Assembly: GCA_024236075.1 (NCBI GenBank)
Contig: JACKLE010000008.1
Span: 26,516-90,515, forward strand
Direction of reading: 5' to 3'
Length of the DNA stretch: 64,000 nucleotides
Source: Alphaproteobacteria bacterium
GTDB lineage: Bacteria; Pseudomonadota; Alphaproteobacteria; JACAEB01
The translations under genes and the position numbers were made by a program. Position 1 is the stretch's first letter, and each line of letters starts with the position of its first letter. Shown piece by piece: positions 28,825 to 38,689 of this stretch. The notes beneath the pieces are model-generated. The model was not told the DNA's origin. It was given only the letters and a program-made list of their open reading frames with translations, and searched no databases.

Positions 28825-30102
28825 ATGCGCAAATCGGCACCGGCTCTGGCGCTCGCCGTTCTCGCGCTCATCCTCGCCCTCGCGGCCTGCGCCAAGCCCC
28901 CCTTCGCTGCGATCGCCGGCGACTGGGAAGGCGCCATCGAGATCGGCCCGACGAAACTGCCGGTCGTCTTCCACATCGCGCCGGACGGCACGGCAAGCCT
29001 CGACAGCCCGGCGCAAGGCGCCTTCGGGATCGCCTGCACCGATCTCGCGCTCGAGGGCACGACGGTGCGCTTCAACGTGCCGTCCGTAGACGGCGCATTC
29101 GAGGGCACCTACGACGAGGCGGCCGGAACGATCGCGGGCACCTGGACGCAGCGCGGCGTCAAGCTGCCCTTGCAGCTCGAGCGCTCGCGGGGCGGCATCG
29201 CCGAAGCACCGCCGCGCGCCGGCGAGGAGCTCGCGCTCGACACCGCGACGGGCCCGCTCCACGGCACGCTTCTCCTGCCCGAGGGCACGCAGCCCTTCCG
29301 CGCGGCCATCCTGCATGCGGGCTCGGGTCCGACCGACCGCGACGGCAATCAGCTCGCCATCGGTCTTCGCAGCGACAGCCTGAAGCTTCTCGCCGAGGGT
29401 CTCGCCGCGCAGGGCATCGCGACCCTGCGCATCGACAAGCGCGGCATCGCCGGCAGCGCGTCAGCCCTCAAATCGGAAGCCGACCTCACCGTCGACATGC
29501 TGGCGGACGACCTTCTCGCCTGGGAGGCGCTGCTCGAGAAGCGCTCCGACATCGCCTCCGTCGCGCTCATCGGCCATAGCGAGGGCGCGATGATCGCCGC
29601 GCTCGCGGCGGTACGCGGCGGGGCGGACCGCCTCGTGCTCCTCTCCGCGCCGGGACGCCGCTTCGGCGACATCATCGCCGATCAGCTCGCCGCCGGGGGC
29701 GCCCCGGACGAGCTGAAGGCGGCCTCGCAGCGCATTATCGACGCGCTCGCGCGCGGCGAGGACGTCGCCGACGTGCCGAAGGAGCTCATGGCGCTCTATC
29801 GGCCGAGCGTGCAGCCCTATATGCGCTCGCTCCTCAAATACGATCCCCAGGAGGTCGTCTCGCGCGTCGCCGTGCCCCTCCTCATCGTGCAGGGCACCAA
29901 CGACCTCCAGATCGGCGTCGCCGACGCCCAGCGCCTCGCGGAGGGCAATCCCTCCTCGGAGGTCGTGATCGTCGAGGGCATGAACCACATCCTGAAAGCC
30001 GCGCCGCCCGAGCGCGCGGCGAACGTCGCGACCTATTTCGACGCGGATCGTCCTCTGGCGGACGGTCTCGTCGCCAAGATCGCCGAGTTCCTGAACCGCT
30101 GA
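28825..30102 (+). CDS. alpha/beta hydrolase lipoprotein
   Basis: Lipobox LILALAAC, nucleophile elbow GHSEGA. 425 aa. Confidence 0.8.
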   Translation: MRKSAPALALAVLALILALAACAKPPFAAIAGDWEGAIEIGPTKLPVVFHIAPDGTASLDSPAQGAFGIACTDLALEGTTVRFNVPSVDGAFEGTYDEAAGTIAGTWTQRGVKLPLQLERSRGGIAEAPPRAGEELALDTATGPLHGTLLLPEGTQPFRAAILHAGSGPTDRDGNQLAIGLRSDSLKLLAEGLAAQGIATLRIDKRGIAGSASALKSEADLTVDMLADDLLAWEALLEKRSDIASVALIGHSEGAMIAALAAVRGGADRLVLLSAPGRRFGDIIADQLAAGGAPDELKAASQRIIDALARGEDVADVPKELMALYRPSVQPYMRSLLKYDPQEVVSRVAVPLLIVQGTNDLQIGVADAQRLAEGNPSSEVVIVEGMNHILKAAPPERAANVATYFDADRPLADGLVAKIAEFLNR

Positions 30103-30150
30103 CGCGATTTTCGGGGCGGATCCCGTCGGACCGCAAATCGCGCCGGCTCC

Positions 30151-31014
30151 TCAGCGGAAGACGACCGTCTTGCGGCCGTTGACGAGGATGCGCCGCTCGG
30201 CGTGCCAGCGGACGGCGCGCGCGAGCACCGTCTTCTCGATGTCGCGGCCCATGGCGGCGAGCGCGGCGGCATCCATGGCGTGATCGACGCGCGCGACGTC
30301 CTGCTCGATGATCGGGCCGTCGTCGAGCTCGGCCGTCACATAGTGCGCGGTCGCGCCGATGAGCTTCACGCCGCGCGCGAAGGCCTGGGAGTAGGGCGCG
30401 GCGCCGGCGAAGCTCGGCAGGAACGAGTGGTGGATGTTGATCGCGCGGCCCCGAAGCGCGGCGCAGGCCTCGGCAGAAAGAATCTGCATATAGCGCGCGA
30501 GCACGACGAAATCGGCCTTTTCCTCGGCGACGAGGGCGAGCAGCCGCTCCTCCTGGCGCGCCTTCGTCTCGGCGCCGACCGGCAGGTGGTGGAAGGGCAC
30601 GTTGTGGGCCGCGACGAGCTGATAGGCGTCGCGATGGTTCGACACGACCGCGACCGGGTCGATCGCGAGCTCGCCGATGGAGACGCGATAGAGGAGGTCG
30701 ACGAGGCAGTGGGTGGGCTTCGACACGAGAATGACGACGCGCGGCCGCGCGGCCGCCTCGACGATGATGCGGTCCATCGACAGCTCGGCGGCCGCCGGCG
30801 CGAAGGCCGCCTCGATCTCCTTGCGCCGCACCCCGCTCCGCAGGCTGACGAAACAGACGCGCATGAAGAAGCGCCCGGCCTCGGGATCGTTGAACTGCGC
30901 GCTCTCGGTGATGTTGCAGCCGAGCTCGGCGAGCGTGCCGGCGACGCGGTAGACGATGCCGGGCCGGTCGGGGCAGGAGAGCGCCAGCGTGTACTGTGGG
31001 GCCTTCGCGGGCAT
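30151..31014 (-). CDS. purU: formyltetrahydrofolate deformylase
   Basis: N-terminal ACT domain (LSCPDRPGIVYRVAGTL) and INIHHSFLPSF formyltransferase motif. The start overlaps the thiolase stop by 1 nt (TGATG). Confidence 0.92.
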   Translation of the reverse strand: MPAKAPQYTLALSCPDRPGIVYRVAGTLAELGCNITESAQFNDPEAGRFFMRVCFVSLRSGVRRKEIEAAFAPAAAELSMDRIIVEAAARPRVVILVSKPTHCLVDLLYRVSIGELAIDPVAVVSNHRDAYQLVAAHNVPFHHLPVGAETKARQEERLLALVAEEKADFVVLARYMQILSAEACAALRGRAINIHHSFLPSFAGAAPYSQAFARGVKLIGATAHYVTAELDDGPIIEQDVARVDHAMDAAALAAMGRDIEKTVLARAVRWHAERRILVNGRKTVVFR

Positions 31015-32219
31015 CAGGGCACGCGCTCGACGACCGCCGCGATGCCTTGTCCGATGCCGATGCAGAGCGTGACGAGGGCGTAGCGTCCGCCGCGCCGCTC
31101 GAGCTCTCTGAGCGCGGTCAGGGCGAGGCGCCCGCCCGAGGCGCCCAGGGGATGGCCGATGGCGATCGCGCCGCCATTGGGATTGAGGCGCGGATCGTCG
31201 GCCGCGAGCCCCATGCGCTTGAGGCAGCCGAGCACCTGCGCGGCGAAGGCCTCGTTGAGCTCGATCACGTCCATGTCCGCAAGGGCGAGCCCCGCGCGCG
31301 ACAGGGCCTTGGCGCTCGCGCCCACCGGCCCGAGCCCCATGAGGCGCGGCTCGACGCCGACCACGGCGCCGGCGAGAATCCTCGCGCGGGGCTTGAGGCC
31401 GTGCCGGGCGGCGGCGTCGGCGGTGCCGAGGAGGAGCGCCACGGCGCCGTCGTTGACGCCCGAGGCGTTGCCCGCCGTGACGACGCCGCCCTCGTGCAGC
31501 GGCTTCAGGCGCGCGAGGCTCTCGTAAGTCGTGTCCGCCCGCGGATGTTCGTCCTCCGCGACGGCCTGCGCCGGTCCGCGCCCCTTGGCGGGAAGCGCGA
31601 GCGACATGATCTCGTCGGCGAAGAAGCCCTCGCGCCTGGCGGCCTGGTAGCGCGCCTGGCTCGCCGCCGCAAAGGCGTCGCATGCCTCTCGGGAGATGCC
31701 TTCGAGCTTCGCCACGTTCTCGGCGGTCTCGGGCATCGAATCCGCGCCGATCTCGCGCATCAGGCGCGGGTGGGGGAAGCGCCAGCCTATGGTCGAATCC
31801 GCTATGCCCTGCGCGCGCGCGAACGCGCCCTCCGCCTTGGCGAGGATCAGGGGCGCGCGCGTCATGCTCTCGACCCCCGCGGCGATCGTGAGGTCGCCCT
31901 CCCCGCAGCGCACGGCGCGGGCGGCATCGAGAAGGGCGGCGAGCGAGCTGCCGCAGAGCCGGTTCACGGTCTGGCCCGCGACCTCGTGGGGAAGGCCCGC
32001 CAGGAGCGCTGCGGCGCGGGCGACGTTGCGCGCATCCTCGCCCGCCTGGTTCGTGTCGCCGGCGAGGACGTCCTCGATCGCCCCGCCGGGCACGTCGGTG
32101 CGCTTCATCAGCTCCCGGATGGGTGCGGCGAGGAGGTCGTCCGTGCGCACGCCCGCGAGAATTCCGCCATAGCGCCCGAAGGGGGTCCGCACGCCGTCGA
32201 AGATGAAGACGTCCCGCAT
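31014..32219 (-). CDS. acetyl-CoA C-acyltransferase (3-oxoadipyl-CoA thiolase-like)
   Basis: 401 aa. VNRLCGSSL active-site Cys, and NPNGGAIAIGHPLGASG and CIGIGQG motifs. Confidence 0.9.
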   Translation of the reverse strand: MRDVFIFDGVRTPFGRYGGILAGVRTDDLLAAPIRELMKRTDVPGGAIEDVLAGDTNQAGEDARNVARAAALLAGLPHEVAGQTVNRLCGSSLAALLDAARAVRCGEGDLTIAAGVESMTRAPLILAKAEGAFARAQGIADSTIGWRFPHPRLMREIGADSMPETAENVAKLEGISREACDAFAAASQARYQAARREGFFADEIMSLALPAKGRGPAQAVAEDEHPRADTTYESLARLKPLHEGGVVTAGNASGVNDGAVALLLGTADAAARHGLKPRARILAGAVVGVEPRLMGLGPVGASAKALSRAGLALADMDVIELNEAFAAQVLGCLKRMGLAADDPRLNPNGGAIAIGHPLGASGGRLALTALRELERRGGRYALVTLCIGIGQGIAAVVERVP

Positions 32220-32231
32220 CGCCGGTCTCCC

Positions 32232-33998
32232 TCAGGCCGCGAGGCGGCCGGCGCGCACGAGGCGGCCCGGGCGCGCGCCCGACAGGCGGCCGTTCTCCGC
32301 GATGACCTCGCCCGAGACGAGCGTCGCGAGATAGCCGTCGGCCTCCTGCAGGAAGCGCCGTCCGCCGGCGGGCAGGTCGTTCGCGATGTAGGGCCGCCTG
32401 GCGTTGAGGCGGCTCAGATCGATGATGTTGAGGTCCGCCTTCTTTCCGACCTCTACCGTGCCGCGGTCGGCGAAGCCGAGATAGCCGGCGATGTCGGAGG
32501 TCAGCATGCGGACGGCCTGCTCGAGGCCGAGGCGGGGCCCGCGCGCCCGGTCGCGCACCCAGTGGGAGAGGAGCGTCGTCGCGTAGCTCGCGTCGCAGAT
32601 CGTCGCGACATGCGCGCCGCCGTCCGAAAGGCTCGTGAGCGCCGCCGGATGGAGAAGCATCTCGCGCACCGCGTCGAGGTTCATGTCCGTGTAGTTGAAG
32701 ACGGGGAAGTAGAGGAGATTGCGCCCCTCGTCCTCGAGGAGGCGGTCGTAGACGACCTCCATCGGGCGCAGCCCGAGCGCGCGGGCCTGGGCCCCGATCG
32801 TGCGCGAGGGAAGCGGCTCGTAGTCGGGATAGTCCGCCATCTCGAAGAGATTTTCCGCCATCGCCTCCATGGAGGCGAGCATGCGGTCGACGCCCTCCTG
32901 AAGGCCGGTGCCTTCGCCCGCCACCTTGACATTGGCCTCGGCGAGGAGGCGCGCCTTCATGCCCGGCGCCCTGAGCCGCGCGACCTGCTCGGCGAGCGGC
33001 AGCGCCTTCATCGCCTGCCAGCCGGGCTTCGCCATCAGCGGATGGATCGTGGTTTGCAGGCCCATCAGCACGCCGACGCCCCGCACGCCGGCCTGAAAGC
33101 GCATCGGCAGGCCCTCGGCGCGCGCGCCGTCGATCCAGGAGACGATGCGCCGCCAGGCCTGCGGCGCGTCGCGGCCCTGCAGCAGGCTGACGGACAGGGG
33201 ATGTCCGCCGCTCGCCTCCACCATGGCGCGCATGGTGAGGAACTCGTCATTGGCGTTGGGATCGGGATTGGCGGAACGGAAGTCGCTGACGATCTGCAGG
33301 ACGCCGTGATCGAGGCCCCTGAGCGCGCCGGCGATGGCGGTGAGCTCGTCGCGTTCGGCCTCGTAGCCCGGCGTCATGAGGCCGTCGGCGGTGACATGGA
33401 CGCGCGTGCGCCCGGTCGAGATGCCGACGGCGCCGGCCTCCATCGCCTCGCGCGCGAGGCGCGCCATCGCGGCGATCTCGTCCTCGCTCGCGGACTCCCA
33501 GGCGAGGGCGCGCTTGCCCATCACGTAGAGGCGCAGCGCGTCGTGGGTCAGGTGCGAGGCGAAGTCGATCGCGTGAGGCAGGGCGTCGATCGCATCGAGA
33601 TATTCGGGATAGCTTTCCCAGCTCCAGGGCATGCCCTCGTGAAGCGCCGTGCCCGGAATATCCTCGACGCCTTCGAAGACGCGCACCAGCTCGTCGCGCA
33701 GGTCGTGGCGAATGGGCGCGAAGCCCACGCCGCAATTGCCCATCACGGCAGTGGTCACGCCCTGGAGCGAGGAGGGCGCGAGGTCGCCGTCCCAGGCTAC
33801 CTGGCCGTCGTAATGGGTGTGGAGATCGACGAAGCCGGGCGTCGCGAGCGCGCCGTCGGCGTCGATCTCGCGCGCGGCCGCGAGGCCCTTGCCGATCTCG
33901 GCGATGCGGCCGTCCTTCACGGCGATGTCGGCCGTGCGCGCGGGGGCGCCCGTCCCGTCGACGAGGCGGGCGCCGCGAATGACGATGTCATGGCTCAT
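32232..33998 (-). CDS. N-acyl-D-amino-acid deacylase (D-aminoacylase) family amidohydrolase
   Basis: 588 aa. [13 protein letters not shown]...[13 protein letters not shown] metal-binding motif. Confidence 0.88.
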   Translation of the reverse strand: MSHDIVIRGARLVDGTGAPARTADIAVKDGRIAEIGKGLAAAREIDADGALATPGFVDLHTHYDGQVAWDGDLAPSSLQGVTTAVMGNCGVGFAPIRHDLRDELVRVFEGVEDIPGTALHEGMPWSWESYPEYLDAIDALPHAIDFASHLTHDALRLYVMGKRALAWESASEDEIAAMARLAREAMEAGAVGISTGRTRVHVTADGLMTPGYEAERDELTAIAGALRGLDHGVLQIVSDFRSANPDPNANDEFLTMRAMVEASGGHPLSVSLLQGRDAPQAWRRIVSWIDGARAEGLPMRFQAGVRGVGVLMGLQTTIHPLMAKPGWQAMKALPLAEQVARLRAPGMKARLLAEANVKVAGEGTGLQEGVDRMLASMEAMAENLFEMADYPDYEPLPSRTIGAQARALGLRPMEVVYDRLLEDEGRNLLYFPVFNYTDMNLDAVREMLLHPAALTSLSDGGAHVATICDASYATTLLSHWVRDRARGPRLGLEQAVRMLTSDIAGYLGFADRGTVEVGKKADLNIIDLSRLNARRPYIANDLPAGGRRFLQEADGYLATLVSGEVIAENGRLSGARPGRLVRAGRLAA

Positions 33999-34057
33999 GG
34001 ATCTGCTCCTTCGTCCGGCCAGTGTCTCGCGCCGCGCGCGCCTCTGTCAAAGCCGGC

Positions 34058-35932
34058 TCAGCGCTTCGGACGGAAGGCGAGAAGGGCGTTTCCGGGCGTG
34101 CCGCCCAGCGATCCGTAGCCGGAGAGGACGAAGAGCGTGCCGTTCGCTGCCGCGAAGGGGCTGTTGTCGATCGTGCCGCCCGCCGCCTCGACGCCGTTCG
34201 CGGTCTCGAACTCGCGCACCGTGTCGTACTGGAAGAGCTCCGCGCCCGTCGCGCCGTCGAAGATGCGCAGCTTGCCGTCCATGCTTCCGGTGACGACGGC
34301 TTCGCCGAGGCTCAGCGCCGCGGCCGAGAGGCCGTAATTGTAGCGGCAGCCTTGCAGGCGCCGGTCGCGCTTGCGGCAGTCGGCCTCGGCCTTGAAGCTC
34401 CAGAGCGCCTCGCCGGTGTCGACGTCGAGCGCGGTGAGGCCGGGCCGCGCGGTGTAGTCGCGTCCCGAGCGGTTGTAGTCGGGATCGTTGACGGGCACGT
34501 AGAGCCGCCGGCCATTGAGCGCCATGCCCCAATGGACGCCGCCGAGCGCCGTGCCCTGGCTCAGCTCGCGCTTCCAGACGAGGGCGCCCTCGCGCGCCGG
34601 GTCGAGCGCCCAGACCGTTCCCGATTTCTGGCCGGCGAGGAGAAGGTCCGAGCCGTCCGAGCGCTTGGCGATGACGACCGAGGCGCCGAAGTCGAAGTCG
34701 AGCGGCGTGCCGCCCGGCGGGCAGTTCGCTCCCCCGCGTCCGCATGCGCCGTTGAAGATGTCGTCGGCGGTCGCCTGGAACGACCAGCGAATGGCGCCGG
34801 TCGCGAGATCCATGGCGAGGATCGCGTCGCTCGTCGCGGTCGCCGGGGCGGAGAGATTCTCGCCCGTTCCGACATAGAGAAGGCCGCGGCCCGCGTCGAT
34901 CGCCGGGCTCGACCAGATCGGCGCGCCCGAGGGACCGTGCATCTGCGTGCCGGCGCTCGACAGGACGGTCGGCCGGGCCGGCTCCGTCGCGTGCGCGGTC
35001 CAGACGGTCTCGCCGGTCCTCGCGTCGAGCGCGACGACGGCGCCGTGGCTCTTGCAGCATTCGTGCTTGGGGTTAGCGGCGAGCGAGATCTCGTAGGACG
35101 AGATCGGCACGAAGAGGCGGCCCTCGTGATAGGCCGGCGCGCCGGTGATCATGGAGGAGGGGAAGAGCGCGAGGTCGCGGCGCCAGAGGAGGCGCCCCGT
35201 CGCCGCGTCGATGAGGTGCGCGCGCGCCGCGACGTCGCCGAAGAAGAGAACCTCCCGTCCGTCCCCGGAGAGTCGCGCGAAGCCGAGCGAGGTGCGCAGC
35301 GGCTTGTCCGAGGCGTAGCTCCATTTGAGGCAGCCGGTCTCGGTGTCGAGCGCGTAGACGCGCGCGGTCTCGGCCGTCAGCAGGAAGAGCGTCGTGCCGA
35401 CGATCACGGGCTGCGAGCGGAGCTGGACGATGCCGGGAAAGCCGAGCACCCAGGCGACCTCGAGGCGGCCCAGATCGTCCTGCGAGAGCCCGGCCGCCGC
35501 CGCGTCGAGATGGCGCCGATTGGCGGGCCCGAGGCCCCAGGAGCCGATGACGGGATCGGGGGAAAGGTCGACGGCGCGGCGCTCCTCGGGGCAGACTGCG
35601 CCCGCGTGCCAGGCGTCGTTGCGGCCCGTGTCGGCGCCGAGCCAGGCGATGAGCCGCTCGCGCTCGTCCTCGCTGAGGCCTGCCGCCTGAGCCTGCATCT
35701 TGCCTTCGGTCAGCGCAAAGCGCAGCGCGTCGCGCGAGAAGAGGCGGATGCTCTCGAGCGTCGGCGCGCGCATCTCCGGCGCCTCGTGGCACCCCGCGCA
35801 CGAGTCCTTGAAGATCGTCGGCCCGTCCGCCTCCGCCGCCCGGGCGCTTCCCGCCAGCACGGCCAGCACGGCAAGACAGGCCGCCGCGACCGTCAAATGT
35901 CGCGGCGCCGGATCGAGGGATCTCGCAGGCAT
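34058..35932 (-). CDS. PQQ-dependent dehydrogenase with N-terminal cytochrome c domain (PVA-dehydrogenase-like)
   Basis: Signal peptide, CAGCHE haem-c motif, beta-propeller repeats and a vicinal Cys pair (KHECCKSHG) as in quinoprotein dehydrogenases. The start at 35932 (MPARSLD...) is preferred over 36070. Confidence 0.85.
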   Translation of the reverse strand: MPARSLDPAPRHLTVAAACLAVLAVLAGSARAAEADGPTIFKDSCAGCHEAPEMRAPTLESIRLFSRDALRFALTEGKMQAQAAGLSEDERERLIAWLGADTGRNDAWHAGAVCPEERRAVDLSPDPVIGSWGLGPANRRHLDAAAAGLSQDDLGRLEVAWVLGFPGIVQLRSQPVIVGTTLFLLTAETARVYALDTETGCLKWSYASDKPLRTSLGFARLSGDGREVLFFGDVAARAHLIDAATGRLLWRRDLALFPSSMITGAPAYHEGRLFVPISSYEISLAANPKHECCKSHGAVVALDARTGETVWTAHATEPARPTVLSSAGTQMHGPSGAPIWSSPAIDAGRGLLYVGTGENLSAPATATSDAILAMDLATGAIRWSFQATADDIFNGACGRGGANCPPGGTPLDFDFGASVVIAKRSDGSDLLLAGQKSGTVWALDPAREGALVWKRELSQGTALGGVHWGMALNGRRLYVPVNDPDYNRSGRDYTARPGLTALDVDTGEALWSFKAEADCRKRDRRLQGCRYNYGLSAAALSLGEAVVTGSMDGKLRIFDGATGAELFQYDTVREFETANGVEAAGGTIDNSPFAAANGTLFVLSGYGSLGGTPGNALLAFRPKR

Positions 35933-36125
35933 GGGGAAACGCTCCTCATCGGTTCCACGGAGAAACGGCGCAGGCCCGCGATTCCCTCTTCGCGTGGCCT
36001 GGCGCGGCGCGTCCGCTCGCCCGGGGCGGCCGTTCCATTGGAGAAAATCGGGTTCCACTGGTGCGTGCAATACCGCCGGCCTCTGCTATGCTCGGTATGC
36101 AACGCCAGATCAGGGTAGACGTCCG

Positions 36126-36758
36126 ATGGCCGCTTCCTCCAACGCTCGCGCGTCCGCCCGACCGGCGAGCGCCAACCGCCCGCGCATGCCCCAGGCGGAG
36201 CGGCGCCGGCAGCTCGCCGAGTGCGCGCACCGCATCATCGCGACGCAAGGGGTCAAGGCGCTCACCATGGAGCGCCTCGCTTTCGTGGCGGGCATTTCCA
36301 AGCCGATCGTCTATGCCCATTTCCGCGACCGCCAGGCGCTCGTCCTGGCGCTGTTCGACGACTACTACCTGGCCTTCGACGCGCTCGTCGGCGACGCCTT
36401 CGAGGATCACGTGCCGCTCGAGGAGACCGTGCGCGCCTGGGCGTCGGCCTATATGGAGCTCTTCCTTCTGCGCGGCACGGCGGTGCGCCAGCTCCTCTTC
36501 GAGGTCATGAGCGATCCGCGGATCGAGGCGGCGCGTTTCAAGCGCGCCGGCGCCATGATCGCGCGCGTCGCACGCAAGATTCGCGCGGCCTACCGGGTCA
36601 CGCCCGCCCAGGCGCGCGACGCCGCGCGACTCTTTCGCGGCGCGCTGGAGGCCGCCGGCCAGGAGGTCCTGGCCAATCCGAGGCGGCGCAGGACCGTCGA
36701 GGCATTGTTCTGCGTGCTCGTCGCCTCGACCCTCAAGACGATGGCACCGCGGCGCTGA
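36126..36758 (+). CDS. TetR/AcrR family transcriptional regulator
   Basis: HTH region ATQGVKALTMERLAFVAGISKPIVYAHF. Divergent from the PQQ dehydrogenase. Confidence 0.85.
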   Translation: MAASSNARASARPASANRPRMPQAERRRQLAECAHRIIATQGVKALTMERLAFVAGISKPIVYAHFRDRQALVLALFDDYYLAFDALVGDAFEDHVPLEETVRAWASAYMELFLLRGTAVRQLLFEVMSDPRIEAARFKRAGAMIARVARKIRAAYRVTPAQARDAARLFRGALEAAGQEVLANPRRRRTVEALFCVLVASTLKTMAPRR

Positions 36759-37025
36759 GGCTTGAGCGGGCATTGCGCCAGCCTGCCCCGGCGAGATTGC
36801 CAGAATCCTATTGCTCTTCGCGCAATTATGAACAGGATCTCATCGCCGCGCCGTTCCGGGCAGCGCCGTCCGCAGGGGCGTGCGCCAAGCGGCGCGGGCC
36901 GCTGGAGGAACCGCCGCCGGTCCGAAAACAATAACGAAGACTTGGGCTTAAGCCGCGACGCCGCTGCCCGCCACGGGCGAGCGAGGGCCGCGATGCGAAC
37001 GCGAAGGGGAGAGGGGAGAGACGAG

Positions 37026-38633
37026 ATGGAGATCGCGCGCGACATGGGGGCGCCGGCAAGCCCGACGCCCATATCGCCCCTTTACGCCAAATATGTCCTG
37101 GGCGTGCTGATGCTCACCCAGGTCCTCAACTTCATCGACCGCCAGATCATCTCGATCCTCGCCGAGGAGATCAAAGCCGATCTCGGCGTCACCGACGCGC
37201 AGATCGGCTTCCTCTACGGAACGGCGTTCGCGGTCTTCTTTTCCGTGTTCGGAATACCGCTCGGCCGGCTCGCCGATGCCTGGGTCCGCACACGTCTCAT
37301 CGCCCTCGGCATCGCCTTCTGGAGCGTGATGACCGCCCTTTCGGGGCTCTCGCGCAATTTCGCGACGCTCGCCGCGCTGCGCATCGGCGTGGGCGTCGGA
37401 GAAGCGACGGCCGGTCCCTCGTCGAACTCGCTCGTCTTCGACTATTTTCCGCCCAAGGTGCGCGCCACCGCCATCGCGGTCTATGCGAGCGGCATCTATA
37501 TCGGCGCGGGCATCGGCATATTCCTCGGCGGCGCCATCGTCGACGCCTGGAACGGGGCGTTTCCCGACCACACGGCCGCGCCGCTGGGGCTCAAGGGCTG
37601 GCAGGCCGCCTATCTCGCGGTCGGCCTGCCCGGACTTCTCGTCGCGCTCATCGCCGCGAGCCTGCGCGAGCCGGAGCGCGGGCGCCTCGACGGCATCGCC
37701 GCGCCGCCGCCCGTCAATCCGTGGAAGGCGCTTTCGAGCGAGCTGCTCACCATCGTCCCGCCCCTCACCGTGATCGGCCTCGCCAAGGCCGGCGGACGGA
37801 CGAGGGAATTCGCCGTCAACGCGGCCTTCGCGGCGTTCTACGTGCTCGCGGCGTGGGGCCTCACCCGCCTTCTGGGGGATCCGCTGCAATGGATATCCCT
37901 CGCGATCGGGCTCTATGCGGCGACCTCGTGGGCGCAGAGCCTCGTCCTGCGCGACCGCCCGACCTTCCGCCTCACCTTCGGCTGCCGCACCTTCTGCCTC
38001 ACCATGGTGGGGTTCGCCTGCGTCGCCTTCGTCACCTATGGCGTCGGCTTCTGGACCGTTCCGCTGCTCATCCGGGCCCACGGCGTCACCGCGAGCGTCG
38101 CCGGCACGAATGGCGGCCTCGCCGCCTCGATAGGCGGGCTCCTCGGCGTGACGCTCGGCGGCGTGCTGGCCGACCGGCTCGCCAAGCGCACGGACGCGGC
38201 GCGCTATATCGTCGGCATGGCGGCGGTGATCTCGGCGATCCCCGTGGGCGCCACCTACATCCTCACGGACAATCTGCTTGTCGCCTACATCTTCCTCGGG
38301 CTCTGGTGCACGCTGTCCTCCATGTGGATCGGCCCGGCGAGCGCGGCGATCCTCGACCTCGTGCTGCCGCGCATGCGGGCCGTCGCGAGCGCCATCTGGA
38401 TCTTCATGAACACCTTCATCGGACTGGCACTCGGGCCCTTTACCATCGGGCGCGTGAGCGACGCGATCGCGGCGCGCACGCACGACAGCCCCGGGGCGCT
38501 CACGCAGGCGATGCTCTACGCGCTCGCCATGGTGGTCGTGGCGGTGCTGCTGCTGTTCTTCGCCGCGCGCTCGCTCAGGAGCGACATGGCGAAAAAGCTC
38601 GACCGGGCGCGGGCGGCGGGCGAGGAATTGTAG
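37026..38633 (+). CDS. MFS transporter
   Basis: The ATG at 37026 (MEIARD...). MFS motif GIPLGRLADAW, about 12 predicted hydrophobic helices. Confidence 0.88.
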   Translation: MEIARDMGAPASPTPISPLYAKYVLGVLMLTQVLNFIDRQIISILAEEIKADLGVTDAQIGFLYGTAFAVFFSVFGIPLGRLADAWVRTRLIALGIAFWSVMTALSGLSRNFATLAALRIGVGVGEATAGPSSNSLVFDYFPPKVRATAIAVYASGIYIGAGIGIFLGGAIVDAWNGAFPDHTAAPLGLKGWQAAYLAVGLPGLLVALIAASLREPERGRLDGIAAPPPVNPWKALSSELLTIVPPLTVIGLAKAGGRTREFAVNAAFAAFYVLAAWGLTRLLGDPLQWISLAIGLYAATSWAQSLVLRDRPTFRLTFGCRTFCLTMVGFACVAFVTYGVGFWTVPLLIRAHGVTASVAGTNGGLAASIGGLLGVTLGGVLADRLAKRTDAARYIVGMAAVISAIPVGATYILTDNLLVAYIFLGLWCTLSSMWIGPASAAILDLVLPRMRAVASAIWIFMNTFIGLALGPFTIGRVSDAIAARTHDSPGALTQAMLYALAMVVVAVLLLFFAARSLRSDMAKKLDRARAAGEEL

Positions 38634-38689
38634 GCGGAGCTTCGCGCCGCGCGGCAAGGCGCGGCGTCGCCGGATGGCTTGGGGGGCCG

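Noticed and set aside
30996-34118. 1040-aa plus-strand ORF spanning the antisense of purU, the thiolase and the D-aminoacylase. There are similar giants at 14395-16806 (+), 55251-57731 (+), 60739-63210 (-), 38516-40588 (-), 36948-38738 (-) and 23013-25064 (+).
   Set aside because: The Arg/Ala/Gly/Asp/Glu-dominated composition has no recognisable motifs. They cross gene boundaries and lie opposite ORFs with clear family signatures. Long stop-free antisense frames are expected in very GC-rich, GC3-biased DNA.
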